DNA from: Myxococcota bacterium
Lineage (GTDB): Bacteria > Myxococcota_A > UBA9160 > UBA4427
DNA: 64,000 nt
Direction: 5' to 3'
Assembly: GCA_030748735.1 (NCBI GenBank)
Contig: JASMLK010000157.1
Coordinates: 9,278 to 73,277 of the forward strand
Made by a program: the position numbers and the translations under genes. The notes below the pieces were generated by a model. It was not told the origin of the DNA, searched no databases, and saw only the letters and a program-made list of their open reading frames with translations. Of this stretch, positions 46,980 to 54,606 are shown in pieces (position 1 is the first letter of the stretch; each line of letters begins with the position of its first letter).

Positions 46980-48212
46980 ATGAAACTGAACGCGGTCGTG
47001 GCGGGCGTCGGAATGACACCCTTTGGAAAGCACATGGATACGGGCCTGAAGGCCCTTGGCGCGGAGGCCGTCAAGCTCGCCGTCGCAGATTCGGGCCTCA
47101 GCCTGAACGACCTGCAGGCGGCCTACGTCGGCAACGCTGCGGCCGGGCTCGTGACCGGGCAGGAATGCATTCGCGGTCAGGTGATCCTGCGTTCGATCGG
47201 CCTCGGGAAGCTTCCCGTGGTGAACGTAGAGAACGCCTGCGCGAGTGCGTCGACGGCGTTCCACCAGGCAGCCGCCATGGTGAGCGCCGGGCTCTACGAC
47301 GTAGTGCTCGCGCTCGGCGTCGAGAAGCTCTACCACGCCGACAAGAAGAAGTCGTTCGCGGCCTTCAGCGGTGCGGTCGACGTCGAGGCGATGCAGGAGA
47401 TCATGAAGCGCCTGCAAGACAGCGCAAAGCAGAGCGGCGCAAAGAGCGGCTCCTCCGGTGCGGGTGAAAAGCGGTCGATGTTCATGGACATCTACGCCGC
47501 GGCCGCCCGTGCACACATGAAGCAGCACGGAACCACCGTCGAGCAGTTCGCGGGGGTTTCGGCAAAGAACTCGTTCCACGGCAGCTTGAACGACCGGGCC
47601 CAGTTTCGCGAAGCCCTCTCGGTCGAGGACGTGCTCGCGGCACCGATGATCGCCGAGCCGCTCACCCGGCCGATGTGTTCGCCGATCGGCGATGGCGCGG
47701 CGGCCGTCGTGCTCGTCAGCGAAGCCAAAGCGCGCGAGTTGGGGATCACGCGCCCGGTCAAGGTCGCTTCGAGCGTGCTGCGTTCCGGCTGGGACCACGA
47801 CTACGGTGAAGACGGCGCAGGAGAAGTCTGCTCGCGAGAAGCCTACGAAGAAGCCGGGCTCGGCCCGGAAGACCTGAGCGTCGTCGAATTGCACGATGCC
47901 TCCGCGCCCGCAGAGATCATGGCCTACGAGTACCTCGGGCTGTGCCCGACAGGCGGGGGCGGCAAGCTCGTCGAGGAAGGTGTCACACGCCTGGGCGGAC
48001 GCCTGCCCGTCAACACTTCGGGTGGCTTGCTGCGCAAGGGACATCCCGTTGGCGCCACGGGGATCGCACAGCTCGTCGAGCTGACGGAACAGCTGCAAGG
48101 TCGATCCGGTGACCGTCAGGTCGAGGGTGCACGCATCGGGTTGGCGCAGAATGGTGGCGGCAACATCGGTCCGGACGTTGCAGCCATGGTAGTGACCATC
48201 CTGACGACCTGA
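46980..48212 (+). CDS. Thiolase-family protein (SCP-x / lipid-transfer-protein type)
   Basis: VAGVGMTPFGK, VNVENACASASTAF (active-site Cys), C-terminal NTSGGLLRKGHPVGATG. Confidence 0.9.
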   Translation: MKLNAVVAGVGMTPFGKHMDTGLKALGAEAVKLAVADSGLSLNDLQAAYVGNAAAGLVTGQECIRGQVILRSIGLGKLPVVNVENACASASTAFHQAAAMVSAGLYDVVLALGVEKLYHADKKKSFAAFSGAVDVEAMQEIMKRLQDSAKQSGAKSGSSGAGEKRSMFMDIYAAAARAHMKQHGTTVEQFAGVSAKNSFHGSLNDRAQFREALSVEDVLAAPMIAEPLTRPMCSPIGDGAAAVVLVSEAKARELGITRPVKVASSVLRSGWDHDYGEDGAGEVCSREAYEEAGLGPEDLSVVELHDASAPAEIMAYEYLGLCPTGGGGKLVEEGVTRLGGRLPVNTSGGLLRKGHPVGATGIAQLVELTEQLQGRSGDRQVEGARIGLAQNGGGNIGPDVAAMVVTILTT

Positions 48213-48238
48213 TCGGTCGAACAGCGGGGAGCGCAGCG

Positions 48239-49858
48239 ATGCGGGAACGAAACGAGATGATCCTGGCGGATCTGGTCCAGATCCGGGCCGAGCAGAAGCC
48301 GGACCACGATGTCCTTACGTTCGAACACCTGAGTCTCGACGGCGGCGCGACACCAGACGAAGTGCGCACGTACGCAGAACTCGCGACCAACGGCAACCGA
48401 TTGGCGGCGGCCCTGATCGAACGCGGCATGCAGCGCGGCGATCGCTTCGCGCTGATGATGCGCAACCACCCGGAGTTCGTGGAGGCGATGATCGCGGCTT
48501 CCATTACGGGTTGTGTCACAGTGCCGATCGACCCACGGACGAAGGGTGACAAGCTGGCGTTCATGCTTCGCAACGCGGGTTGTCGCGGAGCCGTTTGTGG
48601 CGACTACGCGCTCGCCGAGATCCTGTCTGCGCAAAAGGACAACGACGATCTCGGCTGGATCCTGGCACTCGAATGTGGTGAAGACGAGCGCTCGATCCCT
48701 CTTTCCAGCACGAGCGGCGTGGATTCCCTGGCAGAGGCGCTCGCCAAGCCGGCCAGCACCGTGGACGTCCGCCTCGAAGACCTCAACGATCCGCTGCAGA
48801 TCATCTACACATCTGGCACCACCGGCGATCCCAAGGGTGTCGTATTTCCGAACGTGCGCTTCGGCGGCTTCGCCAGTGTGGGATTGATCGCGGGATATCA
48901 ACCAGAAGACCGGCCCTATACGGGTCTCTCGCTGACGCACGGAAACGCCCAGGCGGTGACACTTGCACCCTCGCTTGCCATGAGTCTTCGCGCTGTATTC
49001 AGCAGGAAGTTCACCAAGTCGAAACTCTGGGACGTCTGCCGCGAACACGGCTGCACCACGTTCTCACTGCTCGGTGGGATGGCGACGGCCATCTACTCGG
49101 AGCCCAAGAAGCCGAACGATGGCGACAATCCCGTACGCCGGGTGATGAGCGCGGGCATGCCGGCAGCCATCTGGGAATCGTTCGCGGAGCGTTTCCAGGT
49201 GGAGATCCTCGAGTGGTACGGCGCGGTAGAGGGCGGTCTCGCCTTCAATCCCGTCGGGCAGGGCCCGATGGGCTCCTTCGGAAAGCCGCCACCCGGACTC
49301 GACATGAGAGTCCTCGACGACAACGACGTCGAATGCGCGCCGCATGTCCAGGGCGAGATCTGCTCGCGACCGATGGACGGAAGCGGCGCCGATGTCGAGT
49401 ACCACGAGAACCCCGACGCTTCGGCAAAGAAGACGCGGGGCGGGTGGCTGCGCAGCGGCGACATCGGCCACACAGACGAAGACGGCTGGCTCTACTTCGA
49501 CTACCGCAAGGGCGGAGGGATCCGTCACAACGGCGACTTCGTCAACATCAGTTTCGTCGAGAAGGCCATTGCCGAGGCCCCGTCGGTCACCGACGTGTTC
49601 ATCTACGGCGTCGAAGCGGCGTCAGGAGCACCTGGCGAAAAGGATGTCGTCGCAGCCATCGTGCCGACCGACTCCGCCAGCTTCTCCCCCGATGTCGTAT
49701 TCGAAGCGTGTCGAGCCGCCCTCGAATCGAACTTCGTCCCCTCCTACCTTCAGGTGGTGGACGAGATCCCCAAGACGGCCTCCGAAAAACCCCAGGAACG
49801 TTTTCTGCTCGCCGACTTCTCGACCGACGCAGCGAACGTCTTCACCGAGAACCGCTGA
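48239..49858 (+). CDS. AMP-dependent acyl-CoA synthetase/ligase
   Basis: AMP-binding motif IIYTSGTTGDPKGV, WLRSGDIGHTDEDGWLYFDYR, and C-terminal PKTASEKPQ in place of the usual catalytic-Lys region. Confidence 0.9.
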   Translation: MRERNEMILADLVQIRAEQKPDHDVLTFEHLSLDGGATPDEVRTYAELATNGNRLAAALIERGMQRGDRFALMMRNHPEFVEAMIAASITGCVTVPIDPRTKGDKLAFMLRNAGCRGAVCGDYALAEILSAQKDNDDLGWILALECGEDERSIPLSSTSGVDSLAEALAKPASTVDVRLEDLNDPLQIIYTSGTTGDPKGVVFPNVRFGGFASVGLIAGYQPEDRPYTGLSLTHGNAQAVTLAPSLAMSLRAVFSRKFTKSKLWDVCREHGCTTFSLLGGMATAIYSEPKKPNDGDNPVRRVMSAGMPAAIWESFAERFQVEILEWYGAVEGGLAFNPVGQGPMGSFGKPPPGLDMRVLDDNDVECAPHVQGEICSRPMDGSGADVEYHENPDASAKKTRGGWLRSGDIGHTDEDGWLYFDYRKGGGIRHNGDFVNISFVEKAIAEAPSVTDVFIYGVEAASGAPGEKDVVAAIVPTDSASFSPDVVFEACRAALESNFVPSYLQVVDEIPKTASEKPQERFLLADFSTDAANVFTENR

Positions 49859-49872
49859 GAGGCACTGCCTGG

Positions 49873-50517
49873 ATGCCGCGAGCGCAGCCTCGGCCCATCG
49901 AAGCCGCGGAAATAGAAGGCGAGGTCGGCAAGCGCGAACAGAACGCAACGCGCAATCGTGCGGCCATCCTACAGGCGGCCCGCGAGGCTTTCTGCGAGCT
50001 GGGCTTCGGTGCGACGACGGTGCGCGACATCGTCCGTCGCACAGACCTCGCCACCGGCACGTTCTACAACTACTACCCCAGCAAGGAAGCCGTCCTCCAC
50101 GAACTCATCGAGGACTTCCAGGTCGAGCTTCGCCGGCGCGTCCATGAGGCCCGCGAGGCGGCCCAGACGCTGGAAGACCTGCTGCGCAACGCGTTCCGCG
50201 CATGCTTCGAGATCTTCGTCGAAGACGAGGTGTTTTCGGCGCTCCTGACGCGCAACGCAGGCGAGATCGAAGAGCTGACCTCCAGTGCAGCGCTCGATCC
50301 CGCAGCCGCGGATCTCGCAAGCGACCTACGCGCCAAAGCGCGCGAAGGGATCGTCCCAGAGCTCGACTTCGATCTCGTGGCGACCGCGGCCACCGCCATG
50401 GCCTCCATGCTCGCGATGCGTCACGTACGTACCGCGGCCGACGTGGAAACCGCCACCGAATTTGCAACCCAACTCTTCCTCGGCGGCATTGAACACATGA
50501 GCAAGGTGAAGGAATGA
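49873..50517 (+). CDS. TetR/AcrR-family transcriptional regulator
   Basis: RNRAAILQAAREAFCELGFGATTVRDIVRRTDLATGTFYNYYPSKEAV HTH. The start was trimmed to ATG 49873. Confidence 0.85.
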   Translation: MPRAQPRPIEAAEIEGEVGKREQNATRNRAAILQAAREAFCELGFGATTVRDIVRRTDLATGTFYNYYPSKEAVLHELIEDFQVELRRRVHEAREAAQTLEDLLRNAFRACFEIFVEDEVFSALLTRNAGEIEELTSSAALDPAAADLASDLRAKAREGIVPELDFDLVATAATAMASMLAMRHVRTAADVETATEFATQLFLGGIEHMSKVKE

Positions 50518-50969
50518 AACTCGAACCCTTGATGACCTATCGCGCAGATCTGCGCCCCCCCGTCGCCGTAGGCAAGGGGCCGTTCGGCGAGCGCCGCATC
50601 TTCGACGTCGTTGGCGGAACCGCACAAGGGCCGCGGATCAGCGGCAAGCTCCTGCCGAGCGGCGCCGACTGGTTGCTGGTCGACGAGGCGGGCACCGGCC
50701 GGCTGGACGTGCGAGGCACGCTGCAGACGGACGACGGAGCCCACATCTACATCTACTACCACGGCGTACTCGAGATCAACGAGAAGGTGAACGAAGCACT
50801 TTCGAAGGGCGAGACCACCGAATTCGGCGACACCTACTTCATGACGCAGCCCCGCTTCGAAACCGGCGACCCACGCTACGACTGGTTGAACCGCATCGTC
50901 GCCGTCGCCGAGGGACGCGTTCTACCCAACGCGGTCGAGTACCGCGTATTCGAGATCACGAACGACTGA
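50514..50969 (+). CDS. DUF3237 (UPF0311) family protein
   Basis: GKGPFGERRIFDVVGGTAQGPRISGKLLPSGADWLLVDEAGTGRLDVRGTLQTDDGAHIYIYYHG pattern. It overlaps the TetR gene by 4 nt. Confidence 0.75.
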   Translation: MKLEPLMTYRADLRPPVAVGKGPFGERRIFDVVGGTAQGPRISGKLLPSGADWLLVDEAGTGRLDVRGTLQTDDGAHIYIYYHGVLEINEKVNEALSKGETTEFGDTYFMTQPRFETGDPRYDWLNRIVAVAEGRVLPNAVEYRVFEITND

Positions 50970-50999
50970 TACTCCGGATCCACTCTCAGGGGAAACAGC

Positions 51000-52037
51000 A
51001 TGACGCAAGGCACGAACGAACCTCGACACTGGTCGGTGCTGCAATCTCTCCCGGCCCCGATCCTGGTCGCCATGGCCCAGGGGGCCGAAGCCTCCGGTGT
51101 ACACGGCTGCTTCGCGGCCCAGGTCTATGGCCCTCCATTCGTCCCGCTGGCGGCGGCCGCCGCAGTCACCCAGCGCATACAGCTGGCCAGCGGCATTGCG
51201 ATTGCGTCGACGCGCAGCCCCTTCGAAACCGCCATGGCGGCGATCGATCTCGACCGCATCTCGGGTGGGCGCTTCACCCTGGGCCTCGGCGCCAGCGTGC
51301 TCGCGTGGTCGCAGGGCATCTACGGTGCACCCGGCCACAAGCCACTGGCCCATCTGCGCGAGACCGTGGCCGCCGTGCGCCACATCATCGCCGGCGCTCA
51401 CAAGGGCCTCGAACCCTTCGAAGGGGAGTACTACAGCGCCGACTACAAGGACCTCACCCTCACGGAGCCGCCGGTTCGAGAGAAGATCCCCATCTGGGTC
51501 GCCGCACTGCGCGCGCCGATGGTACGTCTGGCAGCAGAAATCGCAGACGGCGTGATGGGCCACCCCATGTGGTCGATCGAGTGGGCACTCGAGCAGATGG
51601 CGCCCGCACTCTCGGAAGCACTCGAAAAGGCCGGGCGCAAGCGCAGCGAAGTCGATCTCAACCTCTGGTGCTGGGCGGCGCCGGGCGAGGACGAAGCCCA
51701 GGCGATCGAAGACGCTCGTCCCTCCATCGCCTTCTACGCCCGTGTGGCCCAGTACGAACCCTTCTTCGAAGCCCACGGCTTTGGCGATGTCGCACGCAAG
51801 CTTCAGCAGACCATCCAGGGCGGCGACTACTCGAGCGCAGCCCACCTCGTGCCCGACGACATGGTGCGCGCCTTCGTGTCCGTGGGTGAGCCCGAAAAGA
51901 TTCGCGAGCGCATCGGGCGGCTGAATTCGATCGCCGACTCGCTATGCGTGGTGGCCCCCGTCTACAGCCTCGAACCCGAAAAGGTGCTCCGCTATTCGAT
52001 GGCCATCTCTGAGATCTTCCATGGCGGGGGGCAGTAG
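51000..52037 (+). CDS. LLM-class (luciferase-like) flavin/F420-dependent oxidoreductase
   Basis: TIM-barrel LLM pattern (RIQLASGIAIASTRSPFETAMAAIDLDRISGGRFTLGLGAS). Confidence 0.85.
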   Translation: MTQGTNEPRHWSVLQSLPAPILVAMAQGAEASGVHGCFAAQVYGPPFVPLAAAAAVTQRIQLASGIAIASTRSPFETAMAAIDLDRISGGRFTLGLGASVLAWSQGIYGAPGHKPLAHLRETVAAVRHIIAGAHKGLEPFEGEYYSADYKDLTLTEPPVREKIPIWVAALRAPMVRLAAEIADGVMGHPMWSIEWALEQMAPALSEALEKAGRKRSEVDLNLWCWAAPGEDEAQAIEDARPSIAFYARVAQYEPFFEAHGFGDVARKLQQTIQGGDYSSAAHLVPDDMVRAFVSVGEPEKIRERIGRLNSIADSLCVVAPVYSLEPEKVLRYSMAISEIFHGGGQ

Positions 52038-52054
52038 GGAGCCCGCCCCCGTCG

Positions 52055-52834
52055 CTACCAGCTTGGTTTGCACGGGGAAACCGTGCCTTCGGTCATCAGC
52101 GTCTGTCGCATCGCCTCGATCTCGTCGGGGCCGAAGAAGTGCTTGTGGTGGTCGGGGTAGACGATTCCCTCGCGGCGTTCGAAGTGCGTCAGCGGACACC
52201 ACGACGATTCGATCTGCTCGAGTGCCATCGCCGAACGCAGTGCGGAGCTCTTCGCCGATCGCACGAAGTGGCGGGTGATCGGGCCGAACTGCGACGCGTA
52301 ACCGTTGGTTTCGAGCATGGCGCCCGCCTCTTTCGCGGACACCCGACGCATCCCGAGCGGCCGCGACACCAGCAGGTTGTAGATGATCTGATGGGACAAC
52401 TCGGAGATCAACCCCCACGGAATCATCAACACGAACGCCAGCACGAGCAGGATCTGCCGGCCGGTGCCGATGTCCCCGTCGACTTCGTCGAACTGGTCGA
52501 GTTCCTTGTTCAGCAGTACGCACACCCCGTTGGCGTAGCCGCAGAACATGCAGTTGAACTTGTCGAAGGCAGGGATCCCCTCGATCCGATGCCTGTCGAT
52601 GATGATGTAGTCCTTCCATTGGAGTCGCCGGGTCCCGAACAGAGGCCTCACGACCCACTGATACAGAAACAGGGACGAAGTCAGGTGCGACACGATGATG
52701 AAGGGAATCGATAGATACATCGAGAACCCACCGACGATCGTTCGCGCCCAACCGATCCTTCGAACGTGACTACCGAAGATCGGGAGCATCAGAGAGACGT
52801 CGGTCTTTGCGCCGACGACTTGTTGATTCGACAT
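52055..52834 (-). CDS. Hypothetical 2-TM, Cys-containing membrane protein, last gene of the molybdoenzyme operon
   Basis: 259 aa starting at ATG 52834 (MSNQQVVG), 38 nt after the gamma-subunit stop. TM segments IVGGFSMYLSIPFIIVSHLTSSLFLY and ILLVLAFVLMIPWGLISELS, CMFCGYANGVC cluster. I recognise no family. Confidence 0.6.
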   Translation of the reverse strand: MSNQQVVGAKTDVSLMLPIFGSHVRRIGWARTIVGGFSMYLSIPFIIVSHLTSSLFLYQWVVRPLFGTRRLQWKDYIIIDRHRIEGIPAFDKFNCMFCGYANGVCVLLNKELDQFDEVDGDIGTGRQILLVLAFVLMIPWGLISELSHQIIYNLLVSRPLGMRRVSAKEAGAMLETNGYASQFGPITRHFVRSAKSSALRSAMALEQIESSWCPLTHFERREGIVYPDHHKHFFGPDEIEAMRQTLMTEGTVSPCKPSW

Positions 52835-52872
52835 GGCTGGGTCCTCTTCTGTGAGTGGTCTCGAAGGGGGCT

Positions 52873-53535
52873 TCAAGCCTCCAGTTCGACTGCGAGGAAA
52901 GCGCCCGAGATCGCTTTCTGACCCGCGCGCTCGGCGTTGCTTCCCTCCCAGATCGCGAAGGCAATCCGGGCGAGTCCGCCCGGTGCAAAGCGAGCGAATT
53001 CGCCGCCTTCGAGCTCGAGTGGGCGCTGGAATACGACGTGCCACTGCCCGTCGCGGTGGAGCGCGTTCGACGCGAGCTGACTGGAACTGGCTGGCCGCCG
53101 CTGGCTGGTCGCATAGCCCCTGGCGATCACGTCGAAGGGCTCTTCCCGGTCCGCCTTCCAGAGCCACGCGTTCACCGGCTTGCGCTCGTCACCCATGGTG
53201 AGCGGGTTTGCGTCGTCGAGAAGCGGGAACATCACGGCCGCGCCATCGGCGAACCGGTCGAGGTCAGCGATCTGGTCGTCCTTGTCCGAGTCGCGCCACG
53301 AAAGCCGCACGCTGAGGGTTTCTCCGTTGTGAGCCAACCTCGCCTCCGCACGGCGCACCTTGCCATGGTTCTGACTGAGTGCCATCTGGCCCGACACGTT
53401 CGCTGCCATGGTTACGGGGGCCGGAACGAGGTCGATCCCGATCGCGCTCGAACCGGACCAGGCCGCTCCATCGACTTCGAGCAGTTTCTCGTTGCTCGCC
53501 GCGACGCGCTTCGCCTTTGCCTGCGCCTTCGCCAT
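52873..53535 (-). CDS. EB_dh-type (ethylbenzene-dehydrogenase-gamma-like) haem b subunit of a type II DMSO-reductase-family enzyme
   Basis: 220 aa. The pattern RLSWRDSDKDD...DGAAVMFP...NAWLWKAD...IAFAIWEGSNAERAGQKAIS is typical of DMSOR type II gamma subunits. No N-terminal hydrophobic signal is visible. Confidence 0.7.
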   Translation of the reverse strand: MAKAQAKAKRVAASNEKLLEVDGAAWSGSSAIGIDLVPAPVTMAANVSGQMALSQNHGKVRRAEARLAHNGETLSVRLSWRDSDKDDQIADLDRFADGAAVMFPLLDDANPLTMGDERKPVNAWLWKADREEPFDVIARGYATSQRRPASSSQLASNALHRDGQWHVVFQRPLELEGGEFARFAPGGLARIAFAIWEGSNAERAGQKAISGAFLAVELEA

Positions 53536-53565
53536 TTCGTTCTCCCTGTCCCCGCCCGAACGCGG

Positions 53566-54606
53566 TCAAATCGGTTCGGCGGTGAACTCCGCAAAGCGAT
53601 CGAGCCAGCGGCGGCTGATCAGCAGATCCATCAATTCCGAAGGCTCGCCGCGCTTGCGGCGGTTGCGCTCTGCGATGATGGTGTCGAGCGCGCCGCGTAC
53701 CGCCGGACCGAAGTAGCCCTCGAGCACTTCGATCGGAAGACGCCCGGCCCCGGTCAGCCTGCCCTCTGTGTCATAGGCCAGCGGTGACATCGGAGGCACG
53801 TAGTAGACGTTGGGTTCAGTGCCGAATTCCGGATGCAGCGGCAACGCGACCTTCCACTGCTTCACCAGTTTGTGCACCTGGCTCTCCGGGTCGTCGAGGT
53901 AGCCGTACGCCCGCGTCCGGCCCACACACTGGCGGTTGCACGCCGGCGCAACCCCCTTTTCAACGCGAGGAAAACAGTCGATGCACTTCTCGCTCTTCTG
54001 GCTTTTCGGGTTGAAGTAGATCATCGAGTAGGGGCATGCCTCGACGCAGTGGCGATGCCCCTCGCAACGATCCTGCTCGATCACGACGATTCCGTCATCG
54101 CGCTTCACGATCGCGTTGCGCGAGCAGGCGTCGATGCAGGGGGCGTTGCTGCAGTGGTTGCACTTGCGAGGCATGTAGAAGAAGTACGGGTTGGGCCAAT
54201 CACCCTTGCCCTGATCTTCGTCCCAGTTGTAACCCCAGGTCGGGACCTCACCTCTGGCTGAGCGCGGTTCGAGCTTCTTGCCCTGCGCGTTGCCAGCCCC
54301 GAGCACCTCGCCGTGGTTGAACTGGAAGTTGTCGCCGCAGTCGACCAGGTTGGTGAGCCGGCCAGGCTGTGGCCGACCTTCCCCGTCGAAGCCCCCACCC
54401 TTCTGCTCCCAATCCTTCGGGTAGCCCTTGCCCGGGCAAGTCGACACGTTGGCCCAGCGCATGTGTTCCGTGCCTTCGCGTTGGGTCCACAGGTTCTTGC
54501 ACGCCACGGTGCAGGTCTGGCAGCCCATGCACTTGCTGAGATCGATCACGGTCGCCAGTTGCCGTTTCGAACTCTTGAGTTCCTGCTTGCTCGGGACGGC
54601 GCTCAT
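53566..54606 (-). CDS. Fe-S (NarH-like) beta subunit of a type II DMSO-reductase-family enzyme
   Basis: Four ferredoxin-type clusters (CMGCQTCTVAC; CNHCSNAPCIDAC; CEGHRHCVEAC; CIDC...ACNRQC). The start was trimmed to ATG 54606, which overlaps the alpha stop (ATGA). Confidence 0.9.
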   Translation of the reverse strand: MSAVPSKQELKSSKRQLATVIDLSKCMGCQTCTVACKNLWTQREGTEHMRWANVSTCPGKGYPKDWEQKGGGFDGEGRPQPGRLTNLVDCGDNFQFNHGEVLGAGNAQGKKLEPRSARGEVPTWGYNWDEDQGKGDWPNPYFFYMPRKCNHCSNAPCIDACSRNAIVKRDDGIVVIEQDRCEGHRHCVEACPYSMIYFNPKSQKSEKCIDCFPRVEKGVAPACNRQCVGRTRAYGYLDDPESQVHKLVKQWKVALPLHPEFGTEPNVYYVPPMSPLAYDTEGRLTGAGRLPIEVLEGYFGPAVRGALDTIIAERNRRKRGEPSELMDLLISRRWLDRFAEFTAEPI

